A DNA stretch of 63,647 bases from positions 1-63,647 of the IMG/VR virus record IMGVR_UViG_3300030059_002966; one strand, written 5' to 3'. A program made the translations under genes and the position numbers. Below the pieces are notes generated by a model. The model saw nothing but the letters and a program-made list of their open reading frames with translations, was not told the origin of the DNA and searched no databases. Source of the stretch: a virus. Lineage: Duplodnaviria > Caudoviricetes. Each line of letters opens with the position of its first letter. The stretch's first letter is position 1. Shown in pieces: positions 35,648 through 45,373 of this stretch.

Positions 35648-35925
35648 TGGCGTTTAAAATGACATCACCACTAGCTAAGGTTGCAAAAGTAAAGTCTAAA
35701 GGAGGAGGTACTAGAAAAGTATGTCTACCTAAAGCTAAGGTTGCTAGCATGAGTAAAAAGGCAAAACAAAAAGTTATTAATGCTAAAAGAGCTGCAGCGG
35801 CAAAAGGTGATTATAAAAGATCACCTAAAAGTAATGTTAAAGGAACTGGAAGTAGAAATTTAAAAGACTGGATTAGTCAAGACTGGGTACAGGTTGCTAA
35901 CCCAAGTAAAAAGTGTGGTGAGTAA
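35647..35925 (+). CDS. Basic protein with MAFKM leader
   Basis: MAFKMTSPLAK..; LKDWISQDWVQV. Confidence 0.7.
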   Translation: MAFKMTSPLAKVAKVKSKGGGTRKVCLPKAKVASMSKKAKQKVINAKRAAAAKGDYKRSPKSNVKGTGSRNLKDWISQDWVQVANPSKKCGE

Positions 35926-35930
35926 GTAAT
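35906..35930 (+). promoter_or_regulatory. Putative class II promoter GTAAA-N13-AAGTAAT
   Basis: Same spacing as the 25017(-) and 62249(+) copies. Confidence 0.5.
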
Positions 35931-35956
35931 AGTATTAATAACGTAAAAAAATAGAC

Positions 35957-36286
35957 ATGGCATTCAAAATGAAAGCGGGTTCTGAAGGCCCAATGAAGAA
36001 AAACTATCCGGCAGCATTTAAAATGAAAGATGGTAAGATGAAGCCCAAGAAAGCGGGTAAACTAGCAAAAGACACTAGAACTGATGCTCAAAAAGCAAAA
36101 GATAAAAAAGAATTAGAGCGACAAAATAGAATTCAAGCAAAATTTCAAAAAGACGCAGAGAGAAGTAAAAAAGATAAGCAGTACCAGCTAGAAAGACTAG
36201 GTTATTTTCAAGATGATGATGGTAAAATAGTTCGTCCAAAACAATTGCGTAAAACTACTATAAAAAAAGATATTAAGAAAAAATAA
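35957..36286 (+). CDS. Basic protein with MAFKMK leader
   Basis: MAFKMKAGSEGPMKKNY; second internal AFKMK. Confidence 0.75.
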   Translation: MAFKMKAGSEGPMKKNYPAAFKMKDGKMKPKKAGKLAKDTRTDAQKAKDKKELERQNRIQAKFQKDAERSKKDKQYQLERLGYFQDDDGKIVRPKQLRKTTIKKDIKKK

Positions 36287-36300
36287 AAATAAAATACATT

Positions 36301-36906
36301 ATGGCGTTTAAAATGAAAGCGGGTAAAGAAAGCCCTATGAAAAAAAACTTTGGAATAGGTAAAAACTTGCCAGATGGAAGATCTACTTCTTCTGCGTTTC
36401 AAAAACCAAAGGTTTCTTACGCCAAAGCTTTTGAAAACATGGAAAGAGTTCCAGGTAAAACTAGAATGAGCTTTAATAGAAAAAATCCTACTACTGGAGA
36501 GTTGTACGCAGATAGTCCTGGAGGATTATCAAAATTTACATCACAAGCTAAAGTTTACAATACAGAAAAGAGTAAGCCTACTTCAAAGACTACTACTCCA
36601 GAGCTACCAACAATAAAGCCTAAGTTAACTCCAACAACAAGCAACTTACTAGGAACAATCTCATCAAGTACTAAACCTAAAGCTAAAGATGAGACTAATA
36701 TTAAGCTGAAGAAAAATAAACTAACTGGTAGAACTAAAGCTAAGACTGTAGAAAAGTTTGATGACAAAGTTATTAAAACAAAAAGCGTTACAGATAGAAA
36801 AGGTAACGTAAAGACTAAAACTAAAGAAAGAAAAAGAAGAGCAGGAAAAGGTAAGCAAAAGATCGCTAAAGCACTTACTAAACTTGCTAGCAAACTTATA
36901 AAATAA
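36301..36906 (+). CDS. Basic protein with MAFKMK leader
   Basis: MAFKMKAGKESPMKKNF; Lys/Thr-rich. Confidence 0.75.
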   Translation: MAFKMKAGKESPMKKNFGIGKNLPDGRSTSSAFQKPKVSYAKAFENMERVPGKTRMSFNRKNPTTGELYADSPGGLSKFTSQAKVYNTEKSKPTSKTTTPELPTIKPKLTPTTSNLLGTISSSTKPKAKDETNIKLKKNKLTGRTKAKTVEKFDDKVIKTKSVTDRKGNVKTKTKERKRRAGKGKQKIAKALTKLASKLIK

Positions 36907-36932
36907 ACTTTAAAAAATAAACACAACAGGAT

Positions 36933-37160
36933 ATGGCATTTAAAATGAAAAATCTATCTACAATGAAAATGGCTAAAAAAGCAGGTTCACCGATGGATAT
37001 GGGCGCAAAGCCAATGAAAATGAAAAAAGGCTCTCCAATGGATAAAGCTTTAATAGGTGATCAAAACAACTTACCACCAGAGCTTAAAGCTAAAATCGAA
37101 GCTGCGCCAGAATCTCCTAAGAAGATGAAGAAAGCCGCTATGAAGATGAAAAAGAAATAA
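36933..37160 (+). CDS. Basic protein with MAFKMK leader and SPM repeats
   Basis: MAFKMKN..GSPMD..KPMK..GSPMDK. Confidence 0.75.
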   Translation: MAFKMKNLSTMKMAKKAGSPMDMGAKPMKMKKGSPMDKALIGDQNNLPPELKAKIEAAPESPKKMKKAAMKMKKK

Positions 37161-37202
37161 CGGAAACACCGTTAACCACGTTATTAACCTAAAACCAAAA
37201 TT

Positions 37203-37496
37203 ATGACGTACCTATATTACCAGACCACCTCAACAGGTGGCGAAATGAAAGTCAATGATAAAACCAAAGCAGAGTGGGAGCACTTGGCTAACAAAGAGAA
37301 CTGGAGGATAACTCAGTTACCTAATGGATTTTATCAAACCGAAGTATCTAACCCAAAGAACGAAGAGTGGCACGATGTTACTCGTCGAGAGACAATGGAA
37401 GGAGCTGAGTCAGCAATTGACGGAAGCGTTGACCACTTCTCTAATAAGTTAGAAGCAACCAAAGGACCGAAGGTTGTTAAGACATTCAAGAAGTAA
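37203..37496 (+). CDS. Hypothetical protein
   Basis: 97-aa ORF upstream of groEL. Confidence 0.65.
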   Translation: MTYLYYQTTSTGGEMKVNDKTKAEWEHLANKENWRITQLPNGFYQTEVSNPKNEEWHDVTRRETMEGAESAIDGSVDHFSNKLEATKGPKVVKTFKK

Positions 37497-37527
37497 ACTA
37501 AAACCAAATTTAATTTAATTTAATATA

Positions 37528-39102
37528 ATGGAATTTAACAACCCTAGTCTTCTTATCAAAGACTTAAACTTTGGTGAAGACGCAAAAAGTAAAATAGGTG
37601 CAGGTGTAGAAAAACTAGCGAAAGCAGTTAAGTCTACATTAGGAGCATCTGGAAAGTGTGTTATATATGAAGACGCACGAGGAATACCGGTAATCACAAA
37701 AGACGGAGTAACCGTTGCAGAAAGCGTAGTCTTATACGACCCGGTTGAAAACTTAGGAGCTACTTTAATTAAAGAGGCTTCTAAAAACACAGTAAGAGAA
37801 GCCGGCGACGGCACTACAACAGCGATAGTTCTTGCTGAGTCCTTACTAAACACTATAAATCTTCCTGAATATAAGGATTCCGCTAATCGTGTTCTACGAG
37901 AAGGCGTTAAGTCAGGATTAATTAAAATCAACGACTATTTAGATTCAATAAAAATAGATGTAACAGACGACAAGCTGTCTCACGTAGCTTCTATATCGTG
38001 TAACAATGATATTGAGCTTGGTTCTATTATAGCTGAAGCTTATAATCAAGTTGGCAAAGATGGTGTAGTATTAATGGAGTCATCGGAAACTGAAGAAACT
38101 TACGTAGATGTGGTTGATGGTGTGCAACTAAAAGATTGTGGTCTAACCTCACCTCACTTTGTTACTAATGTAGACAAACAAAAAGCAGAGCTAGAAAATC
38201 CATTAGTATTAATATGCATGTCTGAAATACCTAACATACGTAAAATACAAAGCATACTAGAACATGTTATTAAACATAATCGATCTTTGCTTATAGTAGC
38301 ACCTGTTGCTCAGCAAGTAAAATCGGCGTTGCTTATGAATAAGGTTAAAGGTAACATTAAAATCAATATTATAGATTTACCAGGCTTTGGTCCTACAACT
38401 AAAGACACTTGTGAAGACTTATCTATATTGACAGGCGCTACTTTGTTTAACGAAGAGCTTGGTGATGATTTAGACATGATTAAACCAGAAGATTTAGGAG
38501 AAGCTGAATATTCATCTACTGATGAAACAGACACTATTATAACTACTGTAGAAGGATATGAACAAGAACTAGAAGATCGTATTGATCAAGTTGCTAAAAT
38601 GGTTGCAGATGAAAAGAACGGTTATATTAAAAAGAAGCTGGAACAAAGATTGTCTATGCTTTCAGGTTCAGTTGGTGTTATTAAAGTCGGCGCCAATTCT
38701 AAAATTGAGCTTAAAGAAAAAAAGGATAGAGTTGAGGATGCGATATATGCAACAAAAGCAGCGTTGAAAGAAGGTATTGTACCTGGTGGTGGAATAGCTT
38801 TACTTAACGCGTCTACAATAATTAAGCCAACTAACGATGGTGAAAAGGTTATTCTTGAGTCTATTAAGTCTCCGTTTGAAACTATATTAAAAAACGCTGG
38901 GTTTGAGACTATAGGCTATCCAGATAAAGAAGGTTATGGTCTTGACGTAGTAACTGGTGACGAAGTTAATATGGTTGACTTTGGGATAATAGATCCTGTG
39001 CTAGTAACTAAGTCAGCGCTTAAAAATGCAGTAAGCGTTGTTATGACTATTGTTTCTGCAGATTGTGTAATCTCAAACGCTAGAGCAGATGAAAGCAATT
39101 AA
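37528..39102 (+). CDS. groEL: Group I chaperonin GroEL
   Basis: ITKDGVTVA, AGDGTTTA, KEKKDRVEDA, EGIVPGGG, GIIDP; no GGM tail. Confidence 0.97.
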   Translation: MEFNNPSLLIKDLNFGEDAKSKIGAGVEKLAKAVKSTLGASGKCVIYEDARGIPVITKDGVTVAESVVLYDPVENLGATLIKEASKNTVREAGDGTTTAIVLAESLLNTINLPEYKDSANRVLREGVKSGLIKINDYLDSIKIDVTDDKLSHVASISCNNDIELGSIIAEAYNQVGKDGVVLMESSETEETYVDVVDGVQLKDCGLTSPHFVTNVDKQKAELENPLVLICMSEIPNIRKIQSILEHVIKHNRSLLIVAPVAQQVKSALLMNKVKGNIKINIIDLPGFGPTTKDTCEDLSILTGATLFNEELGDDLDMIKPEDLGEAEYSSTDETDTIITTVEGYEQELEDRIDQVAKMVADEKNGYIKKKLEQRLSMLSGSVGVIKVGANSKIELKEKKDRVEDAIYATKAALKEGIVPGGGIALLNASTIIKPTNDGEKVILESIKSPFETILKNAGFETIGYPDKEGYGLDVVTGDEVNMVDFGIIDPVLVTKSALKNAVSVVMTIVSADCVISNARADESN

Positions 39103-39346
39103 CCACTACGTAGTAGTAGATAAAATAAAAACTGAGCAAAAGAAAATTGCTGGGTTGATAGTAACAGAAAGGGTTGATGAAGACAACAGGTTTTTTAAAG
39201 CTAATGTTATATCAGTAGGAAATTTAGTAGAAGGAATATCAAATGGTGACACAGTTCACTACGATAGACACGCAGGACACGGAATAGAATTTAACGATAA
39301 GTTTTATTTTGTTATAAAGGCAAGTGATATTGTACTAGTAGATTAA
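39089..39346 (+). CDS. groES: Co-chaperonin GroES
   Basis: MKAINHYVVV..AGLIV..VISVG..GDTVHY..IKASDIV; overlaps the groEL stop. Confidence 0.85.
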   Translation: MKAINHYVVVDKIKTEQKKIAGLIVTERVDEDNRFFKANVISVGNLVEGISNGDTVHYDRHAGHGIEFNDKFYFVIKASDIVLVD

Positions 39347-39423
39347 ACACAAACCATAAACTTTAATCCTTATACACAAAATCACAATCAATTAATTATT
39401 AATCATTTTAAAACTAAAAAAAA

Positions 39424-39789
39424 ATGGCAAACAAAAATGACACTTATCTGTACTTCATGGAAGAAACAGATGGAGCATTCGATGGAGCAAACGACGCTAT
39501 GTGTCGTCCTTTATCAACTTTTAGAGGCTTTGGTATCGTTGCTGCAACAACAACATTAGAGTTACACTTTGACAGCATGTTAGGTACAGGAGCAGATATT
39601 GCTGCTGTAGACAAAGCTGTATTAACTGTTACTGCTAACACGCAAAAGGCAATTATTAAATCTCTTACAGAGCAATTTAATGCACATCCACATGCGGCTT
39701 CTATGTTAGTTGTATCTGACGACTCTAACTCAGTATTTGCTCATCCAGATATTACTGGAGTAGCTATTACAGTAACTGCTGCTGCTTAA
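39424..39789 (+). CDS. Putative structural protein
   Basis: Ala/Thr-rich ORF with a strong A-rich leader. Confidence 0.5.
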   Translation: MANKNDTYLYFMEETDGAFDGANDAMCRPLSTFRGFGIVAATTTLELHFDSMLGTGADIAAVDKAVLTVTANTQKAIIKSLTEQFNAHPHAASMLVVSDDSNSVFAHPDITGVAITVTAAA

Positions 39790-39795
39790 TCTTGA

Positions 39796-40236
39796 ATGAG
39801 ATTAACTAGTCACGATTTACGTGAATTACAAATCCTAAAGTATTACAGGCTCACTAGAAAGTGGGCTTGTAAGACTTACGGGTTAACAGATGCCGATCTT
39901 GAACTACTAATATTTTTAGATTGTCAAAAACGGTTTACAAGACAAGATTTTATTGATGGTACTTACACCATGAGCTGGGATAAAACTCGGTGGGACAAGT
40001 TAAGAAAGCTAGGCTGGATTGAGGTGTGGAGACACAGGAATAGAACGACTATAAAATACTCAGTGTTTAAAACGTCGTTTAAATGCAGCCAATTAATAAG
40101 TAGAATATATAGGATGTTATTAGGCGAAGAAGATATGCCAACATCAGAAAGAAGTGTATTTTACAATAACAAAACATATACTGACAAAGTCTTTAATAAG
40201 GCTATTGATGATATGATTAAAGACCCTCAAAGATAA
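39796..40236 (+). CDS. Putative winged-helix DNA-binding protein
   Basis: LTDADLELLIFL..WDKLRKLGWIEV resembles a MarR-like wHTH. Confidence 0.5.
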   Translation: MRLTSHDLRELQILKYYRLTRKWACKTYGLTDADLELLIFLDCQKRFTRQDFIDGTYTMSWDKTRWDKLRKLGWIEVWRHRNRTTIKYSVFKTSFKCSQLISRIYRMLLGEEDMPTSERSVFYNNKTYTDKVFNKAIDDMIKDPQR

Positions 40237-40638
40237 ATGACATTTAAACTAGGATCAAGCAAAGGACTACAAGCACAAGGTGGAAATATAAATTCTACCA
40301 TGAAGTTTAGAAAAGATCAAGATCTTTCTGTACCTGGCGTACCTGTTTATAAAAAGAAGTTAGATGGTGACGTATTGGGAGAGGCAAATATGGATGGAAG
40401 CATATACGTTAGTGAAAGCGTAGATCCAAATGATCCTATGATGAAAAGAGTTCTTAATCACGAAATGCAACACGTCACAGCCATGAAGATAGGTAGCGAA
40501 ACCTACGATGATAATGCTGTTTATTTTAAAGGTGAGGTTTGGCCTAGAGGCGAAGGATACATAACAAATCCACACACTGGGCAAAAGATGAAAGAAGGTG
40601 ATTCTAGATTGCCTTGGGAATCAAATAAAATACAATGA
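40237..40638 (+). CDS. Zincin metalloprotease, candidate maturation protease
   Basis: LGEA..DGSIYV..VLNHEMQH..LPWE; N-terminal MTFKL. Confidence 0.7.
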   Translation: MTFKLGSSKGLQAQGGNINSTMKFRKDQDLSVPGVPVYKKKLDGDVLGEANMDGSIYVSESVDPNDPMMKRVLNHEMQHVTAMKIGSETYDDNAVYFKGEVWPRGEGYITNPHTGQKMKEGDSRLPWESNKIQ

Positions 40639-41051
40639 TACAAAACATTTTAGGCGGATTATTTGGTAAAGTACTAGATAATGCAGAAGGAATTTTAGAT
40701 AAAGTAATAACAACAGATAAAGAGCGTGACGAAGCTAAGTTGGCTATTAAATCTGTAATGTTAGAAGCAGAGCGTGAAGCTTTTGCAAAAGAAGTTGAAG
40801 ATCGTAAAGATGCACGTGATCTTTATAAAGATGATGCTGTTATTCAAAAAGTATTAGCAACGTTATTTACAGTAGCTTACTTTGGCATTACTTACGTAAT
40901 GTTTAACTACTTTGTAAACAAGACAATAGATTTAGGTGAATTTGAAATTAGCTTTATATCTACAATATTTGGAGCTATGAGCGCTAAAGTAAATACAATA
41001 ATCGACTTCTTCTTCGGTGGAAGTTCAAATAAAAACGAACAAACAAAATAA
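40635..41051 (+). CDS. Putative holin (3TM type)
   Basis: ILDKVITTDKER..DRKDAR, two C-terminal TM segments, FFFGGS. Confidence 0.65.
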   Translation: MIQNILGGLFGKVLDNAEGILDKVITTDKERDEAKLAIKSVMLEAEREAFAKEVEDRKDARDLYKDDAVIQKVLATLFTVAYFGITYVMFNYFVNKTIDLGEFEISFISTIFGAMSAKVNTIIDFFFGGSSNKNEQTK

Positions 41052-41056
41052 ACAAA

Positions 41057-41815
41057 ATGGCAAATAAATTCTTTACAACAACAACAGAGCCGGTAATAAC
41101 AAGTGGTGCTACTGCTTTCGGGGCAGATGATGCAATGTTTGACTGGACACCTATACAAATTCCAAAAGGATCTTGCGCTCTAGCAAGTATATCTGGATAC
41201 ATAATGGGTAAAAATGGCGATGACCAAGCTACTGGCGGAATTATTGATTTATTTTTTGCTAGAAGCATAGACGGAGTAGCACCTCCAACTATTGGTACTA
41301 TAAATAGCGCTATATCAAAAGCTAACGCGGTTGCGTTTAGAAGACATCTAATTGGCTATATGTCTTTAGACATGGACGAAAGAACAGACTCAACAGACCC
41401 ACTTGCGTCGTATAACGCTTTTGGATTAGCTTTTAATTCCACAATAAACAACTCTTATAATCCTATAATCATGGAAGCTGAAGCTGAAGCTAAGGCCAAT
41501 GGATTTCAAACTATATACGTAGCTGGAGCTTCGCAGGCTGCTTTTGACTTTGGAACAGGAGTTTTATGTGCTGGAGAACACGCTGCAGACGACTTGACTA
41601 TAGTTATAGATAATGGTAGTGGAGCTGCAAGTATTGCTCTTAACACTCTTGCTGTTGGAGATGAAATAGTAATATCAAACGACACTGCAATTGGAAAAAT
41701 AACAGCTTTAACTAATGTACTTATAACCGTAGACGCTGCGCCAAACATTCTAGCGGACAACGCTGAAATTGTTCCAAAATTTCCACTAAGATTTAGGTTT
41801 GGGTGGCAATATTAA
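41057..41815 (+). CDS. Putative structural protein
   Basis: Late arm, beta-rich composition. Confidence 0.45.
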   Translation: MANKFFTTTTEPVITSGATAFGADDAMFDWTPIQIPKGSCALASISGYIMGKNGDDQATGGIIDLFFARSIDGVAPPTIGTINSAISKANAVAFRRHLIGYMSLDMDERTDSTDPLASYNAFGLAFNSTINNSYNPIIMEAEAEAKANGFQTIYVAGASQAAFDFGTGVLCAGEHAADDLTIVIDNGSGAASIALNTLAVGDEIVISNDTAIGKITALTNVLITVDAAPNILADNAEIVPKFPLRFRFGWQY

Positions 41816-41848
41816 ATAACAACTAATCAAATTAAATTAAATTAAATC

Positions 41849-42136
41849 ATGGCAAAAAGAAAAACACCTAAAACTGTTGACTTAAAACCTCAAACAGACA
41901 GAATCACAGAAGAACAGCTAAAGTCTTTACAAGGACTAGTCAAAGCTATTAATACTGCACAAGCAGATATTGGTGCTATTGAAGCTAGAAAGCACAACTT
42001 ATTGCATCAAGTTTTTGAAATACAAGGTATGTTGGCTAAGCTTCAAGAGGAGTTTAAAGAACAGTATGGAACTGGAGACATTAACATTCAAGATGGATCT
42101 ATTAGAAAACAGAAAGATGAGCAAGCTGATTCGTAA
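41849..42136 (+). CDS. Coiled-coil hypothetical protein
   Basis: Heptads followed by EQYGTGDINIQDGSI. Confidence 0.6.
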   Translation: MAKRKTPKTVDLKPQTDRITEEQLKSLQGLVKAINTAQADIGAIEARKHNLLHQVFEIQGMLAKLQEEFKEQYGTGDINIQDGSIRKQKDEQADS

Positions 42137-42338
42137 AATTACCATTGGCAAGGATTATAAGATTGACGCAATGCACTACTCTGTTGGACAGGAAGTGTAT
42201 GGTGGTCATACTATTTGTGATATTATAGAAGAAGAAGATAAGTTCTCTATATATATTAAAAAGAAAAACAATATACTACCTTGGAAGGACTTCAATAAAA
42301 ATATGGCTGTTTCCGTAGAGTACAACTTAGAATATTAA
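42117..42338 (+). CDS. Hypothetical protein
   Basis: Likely start MSKLIRKI at 42117; the longer ORF overlaps the upstream gene. Confidence 0.65.
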   Translation: MSKLIRKITIGKDYKIDAMHYSVGQEVYGGHTICDIIEEEDKFSIYIKKKNNILPWKDFNKNMAVSVEYNLEY

Positions 42339-42922
42339 TGCGAAGTGTCTACGGTTTTGTAATAAAGCCTAAAGGTGAAAGATACAAGAACACTTCTAAG
42401 GTTGGAGACAAAGAGCTAATAACTAACACTGAAGTTTATAGCTATCAACATGTTAACAAAGAAGCAATAATTGTATCTTGCCCTATGGTAGGTAGTGATC
42501 TAGATTTATTACCCGGTGATACCGTTATCGTACATCATAATGTATTTAGAAGATGGCACGACGTTAAGGGTAGAGAAAGAAACAGCAATAACTTTTTCAA
42601 CGAGGAAACATACGTTATACACGCCGACCAAATGTTTTTAAAGAAAAGCAATAACAAGTGGGAGTGCTTCAAAGGTTATTGTTTTATTAATCCTATAAAA
42701 GAAACAGACGCTTACAGCACAGAGCTAGAAAAACCTAACGTTGGTGTAGTAAAGTATTCTGATGGGACAGTTAACACTGGGGACGTTATTGGTTATAGAC
42801 CAAAGACAAATAGTGAGTTTGTTTTTGAAGGAAAAAGGCTATACAGAGTTTTATCAAATCTTATTACAATTAAATATGAATATCAAGGAGACGAAGAAGA
42901 GTATAATCCAAGCTGGACATAG
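42338..42922 (+). CDS. Tandem GroES-like-domain protein
   Basis: Two units with GroES signatures: (F)VIKP..PGDTVIV and FINP..EKPNVGVV..TGDVIGY..EFVFEGKRLYRV. Confidence 0.55.
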   Translation: MRSVYGFVIKPKGERYKNTSKVGDKELITNTEVYSYQHVNKEAIIVSCPMVGSDLDLLPGDTVIVHHNVFRRWHDVKGRERNSNNFFNEETYVIHADQMFLKKSNNKWECFKGYCFINPIKETDAYSTELEKPNVGVVKYSDGTVNTGDVIGYRPKTNSEFVFEGKRLYRVLSNLITIKYEYQGDEEEYNPSWT

Positions 42923-43151
42923 AGCAGTTGAAGAGCTCATTAAAGTTGCTAAAGAAGCTATTGTTGATGGTGATGATGACATTACTGCCGATAGACTTAA
43001 GAACGCTGCTGCTACAAAAAAGCTCGCTATCTTCGATGCCTTTGAGATACTTGATCGTATACAAGAAGAAGAAGCTTTACTCGAGGGTAAGGTTACTGAA
43101 GAGAAGAAAGAGAAGGTTTTTAAAGGCTTTGCCGAAGGTAGATCTAAGTAA
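42876..43151 (+). CDS. Putative terminase small subunit
   Basis: Helical protein directly upstream of and TAATG-coupled to terL; start moved from 42762. Confidence 0.5.
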   Translation: MNIKETKKSIIQAGHRAVEELIKVAKEAIVDGDDDITADRLKNAAATKKLAIFDAFEILDRIQEEEALLEGKVTEEKKEKVFKGFAEGRSK

Positions 43152-45373
43152 TGTACAGACAAACTTTATACGAAATAATAGAGCCAATAAAAAAGACTAC
43201 AATAAGTAGGCTTAACAAAGGTAAGAAGTGGAAGCAAGGCTATAACAAGGAGCATGATGTTGTTGTACTTAGTGACACTGGCCAAATAGGTGAAATATAT
43301 AACATCCAGGGATTGCACATAGCCTTACCTAAGCCTCCTAAAAATGTGTATAGCAACAAAGATAAAAAGTGGAAACAACTTGAAAAGCCTGAGATACTTA
43401 AGAAGATTAAAACAATATTTGACTGGAGGGCATACCCAGAAGATCAAAAAGAACAATGGCACGAGTACATCGACGGAGAGTTCGACAAGCGCAACGGTGG
43501 TTTTTGGTTTAATAATAATGGAACGACTACGTACATAACAGGTACACACTATATGTATTTACAGTGGAGCAAGATTGACGTTGGCGCACCAAACTTTAGA
43601 GAGGCAAATAGATTGTTTTTTATATTTTGGGAAGCGTGCAAGGTAGATAAGAGGTGTTATGGCATGTGTTACTTAAAAAATAGACGTTCTGGTTTTTCTT
43701 TCATGAGCTCTGCGGAGACCGTTAACTTAGCTACCATTTCAAGTGACTCTAGATACGGTATACTGTCTAAGAGTGGTGCTGATGCTAAGAAGATGTTTAC
43801 TGATAAAGTTGTACCTATATCAATAAACTATCCTTTCTTTTTCAAACCAGTTCAAGACGGTATGGACAGACCAAAGTCTGAGCTAGCATATCGTGTTCCA
43901 GCGAGTAAGTTTACTCGTAAGAAAATAGAAACTAACGAGAAGCTAGAAGAGATAAAAGGTCTTGACACTACAATTGACTGGAAGAACACAGGTGACAACA
44001 GTTATGATGGCGAAAAGCTTTCGCTACTAGTGCATGATGAGAGTGGTAAATGGGAACGACCAGACAACATACTTAATAACTGGCGAGTTACAAAAACTTG
44101 TTTAAGATTAGGTAGTAGAATTATTGGAAAATGCATGATGGGATCAACGTCAAATGCTTTAGATAAAGGTGGTGATAATTTTAAGAAACTGTACAACGAC
44201 AGCGATGTCAAAAAAAGAAATAGAAATGGTCAAACAAAATCTGGTTTATATTCTTTGTTTGTGCCAATGGAATGGAACTTTGAAGGATTTATTGATGAGC
44301 ATGGACAGCCCGTGTTCAATACTCCAGAACGAGATGTTTGTGGACCAGACGGTGAACTAATAGACGTAGGTGTAATAAATCATTGGGAAAACGAGGTCGA
44401 TGGTTTAAGAGATGATCAAGATGCTTTAAACGAGTTTTATCGTCAGTTTCCAAGAACAGAAGAACACGCGTTTAGAGATGAAACAAAAAATAGTATATTT
44501 AACTTAGTTAAGATATACGAACAAATAGATTATAATGAAGGTATTGGAAGCTCAGCGTCGGTAACAACAGGTAGCTTTCAGTGGGTTAACGGAATAAAAG
44601 ACTCACAAGTTGTTTTTACTCCAAATCCTAGCGGTAGGTTTAAAATAAGTTGGGTTCCGCCTGCTAGACTTCAGAATAATGTAATAAATAAAAATGGAAT
44701 TAAGTATCCTGGAAATGAACACATGGGTGCTTTTGGTTGTGACAGCTACGACATTAGTGGAACAGTTGATGGTAGAGGTTCTAATGGAGCTTTACATGGA
44801 TTAACTAAGTTTTCAATGGAAGATGCGCCAGCAAACCATTTTTTTTTAGAATATGTTGCCAGACCACAAACCGCTGAAATGTTTTTTGAAGACGTGTTAA
44901 TGTCATTAATATTTTATGGTATGCCACTGCTTGCAGAGAACAACAAGCCTAGATTACTTTACTATTTAAAACGTAGAGGATATAGAGGTTTCAGTATGAA
45001 CAGACCTGACAAAGTTTGGAATAAGTTATCTGTTGCAGAAAAAGAAGTTGGTGGAATACCAAACTCTAGTGAAGATATTAAGCAAGCTCACGCTGCTGCA
45101 ATTGAAATGTATATCAACGATCACGTTGGAGTAAAAAGCGACGGATCTTATGGTAGTGTATATTTTAATGAAACACTTAACGACTGGGCAAAGTTTAATA
45201 TAAACAAAAGAACAAAGCACGATGCTTCTATAAGCTCTGGGCTAGCTGTTATGGCTTGCAATAGAAACTTGTACAAGCCAACCGCTGATAGAATAATACA
45301 ACCTTTGAACTTAACTGTTTCAAAATATAGTAACGATGGATTTTCATCTAAAATAATAAATAATGGCTTATAA
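43151..45373 (+). CDS. terL: Terminase large subunit
   Basis: KNRRSGFS (Walker A), LLVHDESGKW (Walker B), GSTSN, nuclease GCDSYD..ENN..HD. Confidence 0.9.
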   Translation: MYRQTLYEIIEPIKKTTISRLNKGKKWKQGYNKEHDVVVLSDTGQIGEIYNIQGLHIALPKPPKNVYSNKDKKWKQLEKPEILKKIKTIFDWRAYPEDQKEQWHEYIDGEFDKRNGGFWFNNNGTTTYITGTHYMYLQWSKIDVGAPNFREANRLFFIFWEACKVDKRCYGMCYLKNRRSGFSFMSSAETVNLATISSDSRYGILSKSGADAKKMFTDKVVPISINYPFFFKPVQDGMDRPKSELAYRVPASKFTRKKIETNEKLEEIKGLDTTIDWKNTGDNSYDGEKLSLLVHDESGKWERPDNILNNWRVTKTCLRLGSRIIGKCMMGSTSNALDKGGDNFKKLYNDSDVKKRNRNGQTKSGLYSLFVPMEWNFEGFIDEHGQPVFNTPERDVCGPDGELIDVGVINHWENEVDGLRDDQDALNEFYRQFPRTEEHAFRDETKNSIFNLVKIYEQIDYNEGIGSSASVTTGSFQWVNGIKDSQVVFTPNPSGRFKISWVPPARLQNNVINKNGIKYPGNEHMGAFGCDSYDISGTVDGRGSNGALHGLTKFSMEDAPANHFFLEYVARPQTAEMFFEDVLMSLIFYGMPLLAENNKPRLLYYLKRRGYRGFSMNRPDKVWNKLSVAEKEVGGIPNSSEDIKQAHAAAIEMYINDHVGVKSDGSYGSVYFNETLNDWAKFNINKRTKHDASISSGLAVMACNRNLYKPTADRIIQPLNLTVSKYSNDGFSSKIINNGL

